Shown here piece by piece: positions 39,187 through 49,293 of a DNA stretch of 64,000 nucleotides. The position numbers were made by a program, and so were the translations under genes. The DNA is from Minisyncoccota bacterium (GTDB lineage: Bacteria > Patescibacteriota > Minisyncoccia > Phycocordibacterales > CAIJYI01), in assembly GCA_023229825.1 (NCBI GenBank), contig JALNYN010000001.1:14422-78421 (forward strand). Direction: 5' to 3'. Each line of letters begins with the position of its first letter. The first letter of the stretch is position 1. The notes under the pieces are model-generated. The model saw nothing but the letters and a program-made list of their open reading frames with translations, searched no databases and had not been told where the DNA came from.

Positions 39187-39966
39187 TTATCTGCTAGTCC
39201 GTTTCCATTTTAAGAGGAGCGCTTCCAAAAAACTCGGTTCGCGTATTTGGGGAAGACCGATCGCGTCCGGTTCCGACTTAAGGTATGTGCCGAAAGCCCG
39301 GTCCCAGACGGAGAGGGCGAATCCGAAATTGCTTTCGTGTTCCCTCCATTGTTTGGAATGGTGAACGAGATGTTTGCATGGTACGATAAAAATGTACGCG
39401 AGCTTTTTTTCTCCGCGAAACGTAATGTTCGCGTGGTTCATCATGACGATGGCGGTGATGATTATTTCGTTGAACGCGACCAAGAGAGTCGGTACGCCCA
39501 TGATGACGATAAAAAGCGCTTTTCCAACAGTGGTTAAAAATACTTCCACGATGTGCAAACGCAACGCTGTCGTCGTGTTCAGGTCGATATCGCTGTGATG
39601 AACCTTGTGGAACATCCATAAAAATTTAACTTGATGGCGAGCCCGATGCATCCAATAGAGCATAAGGTCGAACAGCGTGAATGATAAGAACATTTTAATG
39701 GGAATGCTTTGGATAAGATTGAACAATCCGAAACCCGAAAAGTTCTCGGCGATCATCAAAAGCGATGACACCGACAAAAGATTCATGGTCACGTCATTGA
39801 ATAAAAACATTTGTACGTTCAAACGCCGTGAACGATTGACAATGCCCGTATCATTGGCGCGCTGTCCGCTGTGTTTTTCCGCGATGATAAGCAGAGCAAA
39901 CACGAGCAGGACAAAGATCTTCTGATATCCGGAAGCGAATAACAAGCTCTCATTATTGAGTTCCAC
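39187..39966 (-). CDS. Sterol desaturase/fatty-acid hydroxylase family membrane protein
   Basis: His boxes HRARH, HKVHH, HAN, HLVHH; NFG..LSVWDRAFGT; GTG start after AGGAG. Confidence 0.88.
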   Translation of the reverse strand: MELNNESLLFASGYQKIFVLLVFALLIIAEKHSGQRANDTGIVNRSRRLNVQMFLFNDVTMNLLSVSSLLMIAENFSGFGLFNLIQSIPIKMFLSFTLFDLMLYWMHRARHQVKFLWMFHKVHHSDIDLNTTTALRLHIVEVFLTTVGKALFIVIMGVPTLLVAFNEIIITAIVMMNHANITFRGEKKLAYIFIVPCKHLVHHSKQWREHESNFGFALSVWDRAFGTYLKSEPDAIGLPQIREPSFLEALLLKWKRTSR

Positions 39967-40237
39967 GATAAGGTCTCCTATTTTTGATATAAAGAACAAA
40001 ATTAAAGAACAAAAAAACAACCCCCAGTCGTCACCTTCCGCAAGGCAGAGACGACTACGCGGGGCAAAGTTTTCGATATATAAAATACTAAATTGGAAGA
40101 AAATAAGAAAATAATCTTCCGTGTTTCACTTTAAATCGATAAAATGAAAATACGGTGAAGTTGTTTATCGCACGGAAATATTTTTTGTAGTATAATGAAC
40201 GTATAAAAAGAAATTACCAGCGATAAATATTTTTTAT

Positions 40238-40300
40238 ATGGCAAAAGGAATGTCGCACAAAAAAGAGGCGAAGAAGCCGAAAAAGGGAGCGAAGAAATAG
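40238..40300 (+). CDS. 20-aa basic peptide MAKGMSHKKEAKKPKKGAKK
   Basis: TATAAT at 40191, ATG..TAG, bidirectional terminator 40312-40352. Confidence 0.55.
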   Translation: MAKGMSHKKEAKKPKKGAKK

Positions 40301-40354
40301 TCAGATGACTAAAAAAAGCCCCGCGGACGCTTTGCGTCTCTGCGGGGTTTTATT

Positions 40355-41431
40355 TTACTGTTTCAGGATTTTTTCTATTTCCAAATACCTTTCGATTCTT
40401 GGAAGATCGGCGATAGTTCGGGCTTTTTCATAGAAAACAGGAAAATTCTTTCCGGAAAGTTCAAACAGTTTTTTGAAAAAAGGCATGAGATCTTTATACT
40501 CATTCTCTCCGACGATGTCGGCATTGTTAAGATTTTTCGCGAACCACGCATCGTAACCGCGGTCTCCGCCCCAGCTTTCTTTGAGACGGACGTATTTGCC
40601 ACGCATGTCTGCAAAAATTTTATTTTTTTCAAGACGCATTTGGTCCGGCGCAATGTCTTTTTTATACAAGGTTCGGAGTTCGTTTCGTACGCCGATGATG
40701 AGCGATCCGAATTCATCGCCGCGTTTTTCTTGTTCAAGATTTTTTTTCACTCCGTCTTCGCCGTAGTGTTTCGCTACCCAAAGCTGCTGCCCGGTCTGTC
40801 CTACAAAGCCGGCGAACGCTTCATTGAATGCGGTATCGTTTTTTACATATAACACCTCGTGCGCTTTTTCGTGAATGATAAGACCCGCGAGTCCTGCCGG
40901 AGAATAATTAAAATAGGTATTCATGGCAGGATCCGAGAACCACCCGATAGTGGAAAACGCTATCACTCCGCGAAGAGAAACGTCATAGCCGTTTTTTTGG
41001 AGCTCATGTTTTGCTCGCTCAGCTCTTGTTACGTCAAAAAAACCCAAATAAGAAGAACACCCGGCGACAGGAAAACACCACATCTTCGGAACGGTCGAAA
41101 ATTCAGGAGTGGCCGTTAATGCCCAGATGGCGTAAGGTCTCCCGATATCCACATAAGCGGTATAGCTTTCTGTGGGGAGAAGTCCAATCTCATAAATGGC
41201 GAATTCTCGAATTTCTTTTATCATGAGCAAATGTTCTTTTAATTCGGTCGAGATAGTTTTATTCGAGAGTAATTTTGATATCGGCGTACGGTGTGAAAGT
41301 ATGTTCATTTCTCCGTACATCATGTGAGAATAATATCCCGGACCGGTGACTGTTGAACATGACCCGAGAAGGATAAGAACGGTAAGGATCGCGCTCCATA
41401 AAACGAGGCGCCATTTGTTGCGGCATTTCAT
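40355..41431 (-). CDS. Predicted zinc aminopeptidase lipoprotein (DUF2265-like)
   Basis: Lipobox-like LGSC, WCFPVAGC, HEKAH, FNEAFA, LNNA. Confidence 0.85.
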   Translation of the reverse strand: MKCRNKWRLVLWSAILTVLILLGSCSTVTGPGYYSHMMYGEMNILSHRTPISKLLSNKTISTELKEHLLMIKEIREFAIYEIGLLPTESYTAYVDIGRPYAIWALTATPEFSTVPKMWCFPVAGCSSYLGFFDVTRAERAKHELQKNGYDVSLRGVIAFSTIGWFSDPAMNTYFNYSPAGLAGLIIHEKAHEVLYVKNDTAFNEAFAGFVGQTGQQLWVAKHYGEDGVKKNLEQEKRGDEFGSLIIGVRNELRTLYKKDIAPDQMRLEKNKIFADMRGKYVRLKESWGGDRGYDAWFAKNLNNADIVGENEYKDLMPFFKKLFELSGKNFPVFYEKARTIADLPRIERYLEIEKILKQ

Positions 41432-41529
41432 TGTAAACCTCCGAAAACGGTATTTTAAAGGAACGGTCTTCCTTTATCATATCACTTCCAGAAATTTCGT
41501 CATTTATGCATGCGTCGTGTGCTATCCGA

Positions 41530-42027
41530 TCAGTCAAGTTTTTCGACATCCTTCAGTACCTCTGCCGGATGGGTGAGCGGGTCGACTTTTTGATAGTGCT
41601 TGATGAGAGTTCCTTTTTCGTCAAGCAAGAATGATTCGCGCACGACCCCCATATATGTTTTTCCGTACAAGGTCTTCTGTTTCCAGACGCCATATTGATT
41701 GACCACTTTTTTCTTTTCGTCGGAAAGCAGCGTGAAATTGAGAGACTCTTTTTCAGAGAATTTTTTATGCGATGCTACGCTATCGGTGCTAATCCCGACT
41801 ATAACCAAGCCCTTTTCGGAAAGCTCTTTTTCGTGGTCGCGAAAACACTGCGCTTCGAGCGTGCAGCCCTTGGTCATGTCCTTCGGATAAAAATACAGCA
41901 GCACCTTTTTACCTCGATATTCAAGGAGAGAATGAAGAACGCCATTTTGGTCGGGAAGCTCAAAGTACGGCGCTTCTTCCCCGATCCTTTTTTGAAATGC
42001 GATTTCTTTTTTCATGAAGTTATTCAA
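41530..42027 (-). CDS. bcp: Peroxiredoxin Bcp
   Basis: YFYPKDMTKGCTLEAQCFRD. Confidence 0.92.
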   Translation of the reverse strand: MNNFMKKEIAFQKRIGEEAPYFELPDQNGVLHSLLEYRGKKVLLYFYPKDMTKGCTLEAQCFRDHEKELSEKGLVIVGISTDSVASHKKFSEKESLNFTLLSDEKKKVVNQYGVWKQKTLYGKTYMGVVRESFLLDEKGTLIKHYQKVDPLTHPAEVLKDVEKLD

Positions 42028-42140
42028 TTAGTTATTTCTCCCGAATTAGTACGCGATTAATTCGTGAAATATTTCTGAATGAAATTATGAATTCCATCTC
42101 GCGTATGAAGATATGTTATTCGCGAATACAAAAAATATGT

Positions 42141-42539
42141 ATGGCAAACAATAAAGTAATTCATTTTGAGATACAAGCGGACGATGTCGCGCGCGCAAAA
42201 GATTTTTATAGCAAGTCATTCGGCTGGAATATACAACAAGCCATGACCGCAGGAAAAGACGGCAACGGCATGGACTATTGGATGATCGAAACCGGACCGA
42301 AAGATATGCCCGGTATCGGCGGGGGAATGTATGCTCGCCCCAAGGACGGCAAAACCTATGCGTACAAATGTACGGTTTTAGTGGAAAATATCGATGAAGC
42401 GATGGAGAGCATTAAAAAGAACGGCGGGAAGGTGACGAGGGAGAAGACGAATATGGAAAAGATCGGATGGTTCGCCGAAGCGGTCGATACCGAAGGGAAT
42501 GTGTTTTCGATCATGCAAGCGACGGACTGGAAACCGTAA
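42141..42539 (+). CDS. VOC/glyoxalase family protein
   Basis: HFEIQADD..RAKDFY, DTEGNVF. Confidence 0.9.
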   Translation: MANNKVIHFEIQADDVARAKDFYSKSFGWNIQQAMTAGKDGNGMDYWMIETGPKDMPGIGGGMYARPKDGKTYAYKCTVLVENIDEAMESIKKNGGKVTREKTNMEKIGWFAEAVDTEGNVFSIMQATDWKP

Positions 42540-42702
42540 GGAAAAAAAGTTTGCATTTTGTTGCCGATTATTTAACTCTGCGCGTTCGCGCGGAGTTTTT
42601 TGTATTTTCCATGTTGTTATTTTAAAACAAAAATTTGCAGATTGAGCCTTTTTCCCATAGAATAGTGCAAAATGAAATTTTAATGAGTTTATCTGCAAAA
42701 AT

Positions 42703-45700
42703 ATGAAATCAAAATATGCATTTATTTTAGTCGTCGCTTCTCTTTTTTTCTTCGCGAACTTTGCTGACGCGAGAACGATCGGAGCGGTTTTGAACGGGAA
42801 ATACTTAAGCCCATCAGTGACGGTATTCGATATTGATGATAATAACAAAATTCTCGGAAATGTCACCCTTCCTCCCGGTCGCTTTTTCTATGCTTCGGGC
42901 GATGTATTTATCGCTAAAGCTCAAAATCAAACTGTTGCTTTTGTGACAACGAACGACAGAAAGGTTTTTGTTATTGACCTATCTTCCGATATTCCAAAAT
43001 TAGCTTCCGGAGTTAATCCCATTTTAATTTCCAACTCTGCAGGCGATATTACCATGAGTACGGATGGAGAATTTTTGATCGTTTCCGGCAGCACGTCGGG
43101 CGAACCGATCTCCATAATAAATATTGCATCAAGGCAAGAACTCGGTACTTTTTCAGGTGCAACAAATGTCAATTCTGTGGATATTTGTTCCGATGGATCC
43201 CTTTTGATGTCTTCTTCATCCGGAAACGTGCGGAGATTCACTATTAATAATGCAGGCGGAATTATCGACACAGGAGAGTTGCTTCCGGTCGTTAATCCAA
43301 GAAATGTCGTTTGCTCGCCGGATGGAAGAACTGGAATAATTATAAGTTCGAACCGCATTACCTCATTCCGTGTGTCGGGAATGACGCCAATAAGCAACAG
43401 ATCATTGTCGTACATGTTTCGCGGAATTTCCGGTGTTTTTAGCGCCTCCGGAGATAGATTTTTTGTTCGTGAATGTTTCAACCCGTTTCACGACGGAGAG
43501 ATAAAAGCGTTTGCTTATGATTCAAACTCCGGACAATTTGGCACTTCTCTTTTTACCATATCGGCGACAGAAACTAGCGAGGTGAGCGGTATTGAACAAC
43601 TCGCTGTTGATCCCGATGGAACTAGGCTATATGTACCATCAATGTATTACTCTGTAAGCATGTACGATGCGCACACCGGTTCATTTTTGTCATCATCGCC
43701 ATTTGGATTAATGTATTCAACAGGCATAGCGGTTGCAATGAAAACCGTTCAAAGCAATGTAACGATACTTGCGAATGCGAGCGTGACTGAAGATGACGGT
43801 ATAAATGATGCGAAAGGGGTTGCTGAAAAAACGAGCTTCAGCTTCGGTGTGCAATACAAAGGAATTGTACCTAATTCAGTTCGAGCAATTATCGAAAATA
43901 ATAATGGAACACTTATCGGACTCGAATTGTACGCAACGTCGACCGATTATGCGAATGGGGTTTTCTTTTCCAATTCGTCTACTTTCCCGAAAGGACAATA
44001 TTCTTACCGTTTTGAGGCGACCGCGGAAGGAAATACTTTAACCTTAGCGGGGGGAAATATTACCGCCGGTTATTCCAATGTGGCCTTTTTGCCGGGCATT
44101 AAAGCGAGCCGTCTTTTCAATCAAGGAGACGTACTTGAAGATCAGCTTTGGGAACCGAATTGGTGGTCGGACACGAACGAGCTTATGATGAATCCCGACG
44201 GTACGAGTGAAAATGAAAATATCTACACCAAAACCGATGAGTATCTTGGAACGATCGATCAAGCGAACGTACTTCCCGGATCTCTTTTGAGAGAAAACTT
44301 TTACGTAAGCTTCCTGGATTTCATGAATAGCATGAAAGAAAATGGTGAGATCGCGGACTGGAAATCTCTGCCGTATGACTGGCGGCTCGCATTTCCAAGA
44401 ATTTTAAATCAGGGGAACTCAACGGTGAACGGCAAGATATTTTACGATGACCGGTATGCAACCGATACGCCGTATATTTTGCAAGAAATACGAGCGCTTG
44501 CACAGTCTTCCGACACGGGAAAAGTGAATATTATCGGTCACTCAATGGGTGGGTTGCTTGCAAAGAAACTTCTTGTCGATCACGCAGACATTGCGAACAT
44601 GACCGATACGCTCATTCTGGTTGACTCTCCTCAGCTTGGAACCCCGCAAGCTGTTGCCACCATCCTTCACGGAACCAACGAAAATATTCCGAGCAGTTTC
44701 GGCCTCTTCAGCGACGCCGAGACAGGAAGAAGAGTGGCGCAAAACATGCCATCGGTGTACACGCTTTTGCCTTCGCGGGAATATGCGGAACGTGTCGAGG
44801 AAAGCGGTCTTGGATATTCCGCTCTCATTAAACAAGATGCCTCGCTTCAAAGCCTTGCGAATGACCCGCTTTTTGTTGGCGGCTCCGTTTTGGATTTTTA
44901 TCAAACGAAGTACGGTACGACGACCATTGCAACTTATGACGGAATGAAAGATTTTCTCGGAGGGAAAGACGGGCATCTTTCGGCTCCCGATAACGATATC
45001 ATTCACCCGAAACGAATTCAAATGGATATGCTCGCCGATGCGCAAGCGATACACGATGAAATTGACAACTGGACGCCGTCCGAAAAGATGCGCGTTGTTC
45101 AGATCGCCGGATGGGGAATCCCCGAAACGATTCGCGGATTGAATTACCGAGCAAAGCGGTCCTGTATCTGGAAACTTTGCACTGAACCGAAATTTGATGT
45201 TGAACCGCTTTTCACTTTTGACGGAGACGGGACGGTGACGCTCCCGAGCCAGACGGCGATGAATACCGAAACGTATTATGTGGATTTGAATTCGCATAAT
45301 TTCCTTTTAATAAAAGATCGTTCTCATGGTTCAGTTTTAGAAGTGGAAAGTGTCCGAAAACTTATTAATAATCTAGTTGAATATAAAGACAATCCTTCGG
45401 GTGGTTTAGAGTATATTAAAACAGATAAATCTCGGTTGGTTTCAGATAAAAAATTCATTCGACTCTCCCTTCACTCTCCCGTAAAAATTGACGTAACCGA
45501 CAAAAGCGGCAATCATCTGGGTATCTCTGAAAATTCAACTGCGGAAAAAATCGTTTACGATACTGAAATGCCCAACTCGTATTACGTGGAAATGGGAGAA
45601 GGAAAGTATCTCGGCTTTCCTCTCGAAACAGAGACTACCATTGATCTAGAGGGAACCGGGGAGGGAACTTTTACTCTTGAGATGGAACAATACCAAGGTG

Positions 45701-46113
45701 ACATACTTCAAGGAACGCAAACCTTCACCGATATTCCTGTGAGTCCGACGACCAGAGCGACTTTAATCGTAAATACGCTTGGTGATGCAAAAGAACTTGC
45801 GCTCGATCAAAACGGCGACGGCTCGATCGATTCAGTTGTGTTTACCGACGAGAATAAAGAAACAATAACGTTTCAAACTTTGGAAGACGCACTGCAAAAA
45901 CTTCCTGATCTACGGCCAGCGCTGTTAAACCAAGCTGAGACTGCGGAAAAACAATTCAATATAGGAAACTTCAAAGCAACGAATGCGCTTTTACTAGTTT
46001 TACAAAAAGAAATTCCTAAACTCTCTCAGGGCAATACGTCAAACGAGGAATATCTGAAGGTATTAGCGATTATCGATGTTCTTATTAAAACATCAGAAGA
46101 GAATATTCTGTAA
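42703..46113 (+). CDS. Secreted modular protein: beta-propeller + alpha/beta-hydrolase lipase + C-terminal domains
   Basis: Signal peptide; YVTN-like blades (SPDG, DPDG); FLPGIKASRL, YDWRL, GHSMGG, SPQLGTP, DGDGTV. Confidence 0.85.
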   Translation: MKSKYAFILVVASLFFFANFADARTIGAVLNGKYLSPSVTVFDIDDNNKILGNVTLPPGRFFYASGDVFIAKAQNQTVAFVTTNDRKVFVIDLSSDIPKLASGVNPILISNSAGDITMSTDGEFLIVSGSTSGEPISIINIASRQELGTFSGATNVNSVDICSDGSLLMSSSSGNVRRFTINNAGGIIDTGELLPVVNPRNVVCSPDGRTGIIISSNRITSFRVSGMTPISNRSLSYMFRGISGVFSASGDRFFVRECFNPFHDGEIKAFAYDSNSGQFGTSLFTISATETSEVSGIEQLAVDPDGTRLYVPSMYYSVSMYDAHTGSFLSSSPFGLMYSTGIAVAMKTVQSNVTILANASVTEDDGINDAKGVAEKTSFSFGVQYKGIVPNSVRAIIENNNGTLIGLELYATSTDYANGVFFSNSSTFPKGQYSYRFEATAEGNTLTLAGGNITAGYSNVAFLPGIKASRLFNQGDVLEDQLWEPNWWSDTNELMMNPDGTSENENIYTKTDEYLGTIDQANVLPGSLLRENFYVSFLDFMNSMKENGEIADWKSLPYDWRLAFPRILNQGNSTVNGKIFYDDRYATDTPYILQEIRALAQSSDTGKVNIIGHSMGGLLAKKLLVDHADIANMTDTLILVDSPQLGTPQAVATILHGTNENIPSSFGLFSDAETGRRVAQNMPSVYTLLPSREYAERVEESGLGYSALIKQDASLQSLANDPLFVGGSVLDFYQTKYGTTTIATYDGMKDFLGGKDGHLSAPDNDIIHPKRIQMDMLADAQAIHDEIDNWTPSEKMRVVQIAGWGIPETIRGLNYRAKRSCIWKLCTEPKFDVEPLFTFDGDGTVTLPSQTAMNTETYYVDLNSHNFLLIKDRSHGSVLEVESVRKLINNLVEYKDNPSGGLEYIKTDKSRLVSDKKFIRLSLHSPVKIDVTDKSGNHLGISENSTAEKIVYDTEMPNSYYVEMGEGKYLGFPLETETTIDLEGTGEGTFTLEMEQYQGDILQGTQTFTDIPVSPTTRATLIVNTLGDAKELALDQNGDGSIDSVVFTDENKETITFQTLEDALQKLPDLRPALLNQAETAEKQFNIGNFKATNALLLVLQKEIPKLSQGNTSNEEYLKVLAIIDVLIKTSEENIL

Positions 46114-46140
46114 AATGAAAGAGGGTGGTATAATAAAAAC

Positions 46141-46572
46141 ATGAACTACAAAAAACAAATTAAAATGGCATTTATCATTGCCTTCCTATTTTATCTTTTT
46201 CCGGTGTTCTCTCTTTATCGAGAAATGTTTCCTGACGGCGAATGTGAATTAAACCATAACGGCAATATATTACGATGTCTCTTTTTTGTGCTTTTGCCTG
46301 GCCTAGTTGCTTTATGGATGGTTGTGCTGATGTTTTTTCTCGTCGCGCTTTATTTTCTCAAAGAAGCCATCTTTCTCTCTTGGCGGAAGTTCGCGGTATG
46401 GTATCTCCCAATTGTTCTTGCTTTCACTTTCCTCATCGGTGGCGGATCGAACGGTTTCAATCCGGGCTACGGTTTTGATACCGAATCACTCACTTTCTTT
46501 TTCTCCGGTTTATTCGCATTAGTTTCGGTCATTCTCATTATCTATAAATCCATAAAATTAAGAGGAAAATAA
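46141..46572 (+). CDS. Small 4-TM membrane protein (putative immunity family A, copy 3)
   Basis: LKEAIFLSWRKFAVWY; ends VILIIYKSIKLRGK; TGGTATAAT just upstream. Confidence 0.85.
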   Translation: MNYKKQIKMAFIIAFLFYLFPVFSLYREMFPDGECELNHNGNILRCLFFVLLPGLVALWMVVLMFFLVALYFLKEAIFLSWRKFAVWYLPIVLAFTFLIGGGSNGFNPGYGFDTESLTFFFSGLFALVSVILIIYKSIKLRGK

Positions 46573-46762
46573 TTGTTACCTCAACATAAAATGCCGGCTT
46601 ATGCGGGCATTTTATGTTGTTAGTCGGATAATGATGGCGCTCTATTATCCCGTTGCTCCGTTCAATACTTCGTTTCCTGCTATGCACTGGTCGATTGTTT
46701 TTTATGGCGTTATAATAGAGGCAGGTCGTTAAAAGTAAAATAATAATAAAAAATAATATTCT

Positions 46763-47272
46763 ATGAATAAGAAATTTTATATTTCTGCAGTTGTTCTGTT
46801 TGCGTTTATCTTCGCGGGAAGTGCCTCTGCCTTTGCGGAAGGGAAGGGCGAGAAGATGAGCGAGCAGCACAGAAATAATGTCGCCAAGGTTGTGGAAGAA
46901 CTTGAGAAGGTCGCCAATAAAGACGGTGCGATCGGAGAAGAAGTGAAGACCGTGGCGCAAGAAGAAAAAGATACGGTCGCGGGGGTCTCGGAAAAAATGG
47001 AAAAAGTGGAGAGCCGAAACGGTTTCAAAACCTTTCTCATTGGATCGGACTATAAAAATTTGGGAGCGATCCGCAGCGAGATCGTGACCACGCAGAACCA
47101 TATCGATCGGCTGACGAAATCTTTGGAACGCGCCACGAGCACCGAAGCGAAAGCCGAACTTCAAGCGCAGATCGACAGTCTGAAGGGGATACAAACAAAA
47201 GTCGAAACTTTCGTGAAAGACCACGAAGGGAAATTCAGTTTGTTCGGATGGCTGGTGAAAATGTTTCAGTAA
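46763..47272 (+). CDS. Secreted helical/coiled-coil protein
   Basis: Signal peptide; FLIGSDYKNLG; FSLFGW. Confidence 0.8.
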   Translation: MNKKFYISAVVLFAFIFAGSASAFAEGKGEKMSEQHRNNVAKVVEELEKVANKDGAIGEEVKTVAQEEKDTVAGVSEKMEKVESRNGFKTFLIGSDYKNLGAIRSEIVTTQNHIDRLTKSLERATSTEAKAELQAQIDSLKGIQTKVETFVKDHEGKFSLFGWLVKMFQ

Positions 47273-47401
47273 AATCTATACGCATCAATAAAAATGATCC
47301 GCCTCGAGGCGGATCATTTTTTTGTGTGAGTGAGAAATTGACATTTTTAATATCATTGTGTATGATTATACAACCTTGTTCATTTTTTTGGAGTAGAAAG
47401 T

Positions 47402-47644
47402 ATGAATTTTCGCAAATCTGTTACGTCGCTTTTTAAAGACCATCCGCGTGAAATTCGTCTGGCAGCAAAGATCTTTTTGTTTTTGGGAATAATCATCATC
47501 ATATTCGTTCCCGCCGTCTTTTGTTATTTCTTCGAAATGTCACATCCTGAGATGCTTCTCATCTCGGTGCTGGTCGGCACAATATTGTTCGTGATCGGAT
47601 TTTATCACACTCTCGATACGATCGGCCGCGACGATAACGAGTAA
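47402..47644 (+). CDS. Small 2-TM protein
   Basis: TTGACA-17-TATGAT promoter; hairpin after the stop. Confidence 0.6.
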   Translation: MNFRKSVTSLFKDHPREIRLAAKIFLFLGIIIIIFVPAVFCYFFEMSHPEMLLISVLVGTILFVIGFYHTLDTIGRDDNE

Positions 47645-47824
47645 CCGATCTTCATACCCCCGCATCAGACGATGCGGGGTTTTATGCGGGGGAAAGGCGT
47701 CCTTTTTCTGAAATTTTTATCGATTGACAACTTCATGAAAAAATATTATAATGAAATCGATAAGTTATCAAATAGTACTGATAGCACAGTTCCTTAACAA
47801 TTGACTTGAATATAGGAGGGTCAA

Positions 47825-49027
47825 ATGAATAACGGCAAATTAATTCGTTTGCCCGGGAATCCTCTTTTGGAGGTGGGTAAAACATTTAGTACTGACGAAT
47901 TTCTCTCTTTTCTTTTTGATTTTTTCGCCACATTGTGGCTGACGCATTATATCGCGGCCGGAGGAGGGGAACATATCCTTGCCGCGGTGAACGCAATATT
48001 TAATGTAATATTTGGAGGTTGGATCATCGTAACCATCCCGCTCTTGTTCGCTCTAGTAGGTCCGGTATGCGAGAAGATCGGATTCTTCCCGAAACACATT
48101 TGGGATTCTTGCTGGGAACGATTTAAAGACAAAAAAGAGGGAAAAGCAAAAACTCGCGGATTCTACGCGAAAAAGGCGATGTCTCGGGGTTTCAAAAGCA
48201 TGGGTGAAGATATCGTCGTGCATGACCCTATATATGTGACGGCAATGTTTTTTGGCGTCAGCATGTTTCCTTGGATCCCTCCTTGGGTGATCTGTATTTT
48301 TTGTTTCCTGCTCGCGGTATTCATTGTTATGATACTTGAAGTGGGAATAAAAGAGGTTCTGCATAAGACGGCGAAAGTATTGCTCGTGAAGAAAGGTTTT
48401 GAAGAAGAACCTTACTACGAAGCGAGATTCCTCTTTGACGATGAAGAAAAGGCGAGGGAAGTCTTTGGCGAACTCGCGAAAAAATTCGTCCACAAAGGTG
48501 AAGACGAGATCTGGAAGATCCATTACCATGACCGATATTTTTCAAAAAAGGAATGGTATAACGGAAGGGTCGCCAAATTGAGAAGCCGAGACCGGCACTT
48601 ACCGAACGGCGAACCGATGCGGACTTGGCAGATCGTGTATACGTTGGCGAAGGAAGAATGGGGCGGTAAGACCGACCAGTTCAGGTATTTTATCTCTCTC
48701 AAGGAGAAAATGTATTATTTGGCGGAACATCCGGAACACCTGCATCAGCCCGACAACATTCCCGACAGAAGGGTGCGCGAGACCGTCAAAAAAATGGCGG
48801 AAAACGAGGTGCCTTTTGTGATCGAGTTCGAACGTTTCGTCGCTGACGATCCGGAATGCCTGCTCATTACGCTCGACGTGGTTAAAACCGAAGACTCTTA
48901 TTTAATAGAGATCAAGGCAAGACCGAAGAACAAAGCGATGATGCAGGAAGCCATGCAATACGCCATGCACTTCGGCGGCTTGACCGCAACAGACGGAAAG
49001 TATTCTCTTTTTGCAGAGACGGTATAA
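47825..49027 (+). CDS. Membrane protein with C-terminal CYTH-like domain
   Basis: N-terminal TMs; YEARF, YHDRYF, KLRSR, ITLDVV, LIEIK; perfect TTGACA-17-TATAAT at 47724-47752. Confidence 0.7.
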   Translation: MNNGKLIRLPGNPLLEVGKTFSTDEFLSFLFDFFATLWLTHYIAAGGGEHILAAVNAIFNVIFGGWIIVTIPLLFALVGPVCEKIGFFPKHIWDSCWERFKDKKEGKAKTRGFYAKKAMSRGFKSMGEDIVVHDPIYVTAMFFGVSMFPWIPPWVICIFCFLLAVFIVMILEVGIKEVLHKTAKVLLVKKGFEEEPYYEARFLFDDEEKAREVFGELAKKFVHKGEDEIWKIHYHDRYFSKKEWYNGRVAKLRSRDRHLPNGEPMRTWQIVYTLAKEEWGGKTDQFRYFISLKEKMYYLAEHPEHLHQPDNIPDRRVRETVKKMAENEVPFVIEFERFVADDPECLLITLDVVKTEDSYLIEIKARPKNKAMMQEAMQYAMHFGGLTATDGKYSLFAETV

Positions 49028-49293
49028 TTGATGGACGGGAAAACCCCCGTCCATTTTTTTGTGGAGAAAGGGGAGACTAATGAATGACGTTAGAACCTCA
49101 AAATTTTTTGATAGCAAAAACGTGGCGTTTATTCACGCTTAATGATATAGAGTACGGGAGTGCGGTAAGTGACATGATAAAAAAGTGATTTTGTACAGCA
49201 CACTGATGGGGAGAAAAATCCACACAAAATTCATGGCGAGTTTCGTAACAAAATGTTATTATATAATATAATAAGCGCGCTTTTTCACAAAAA

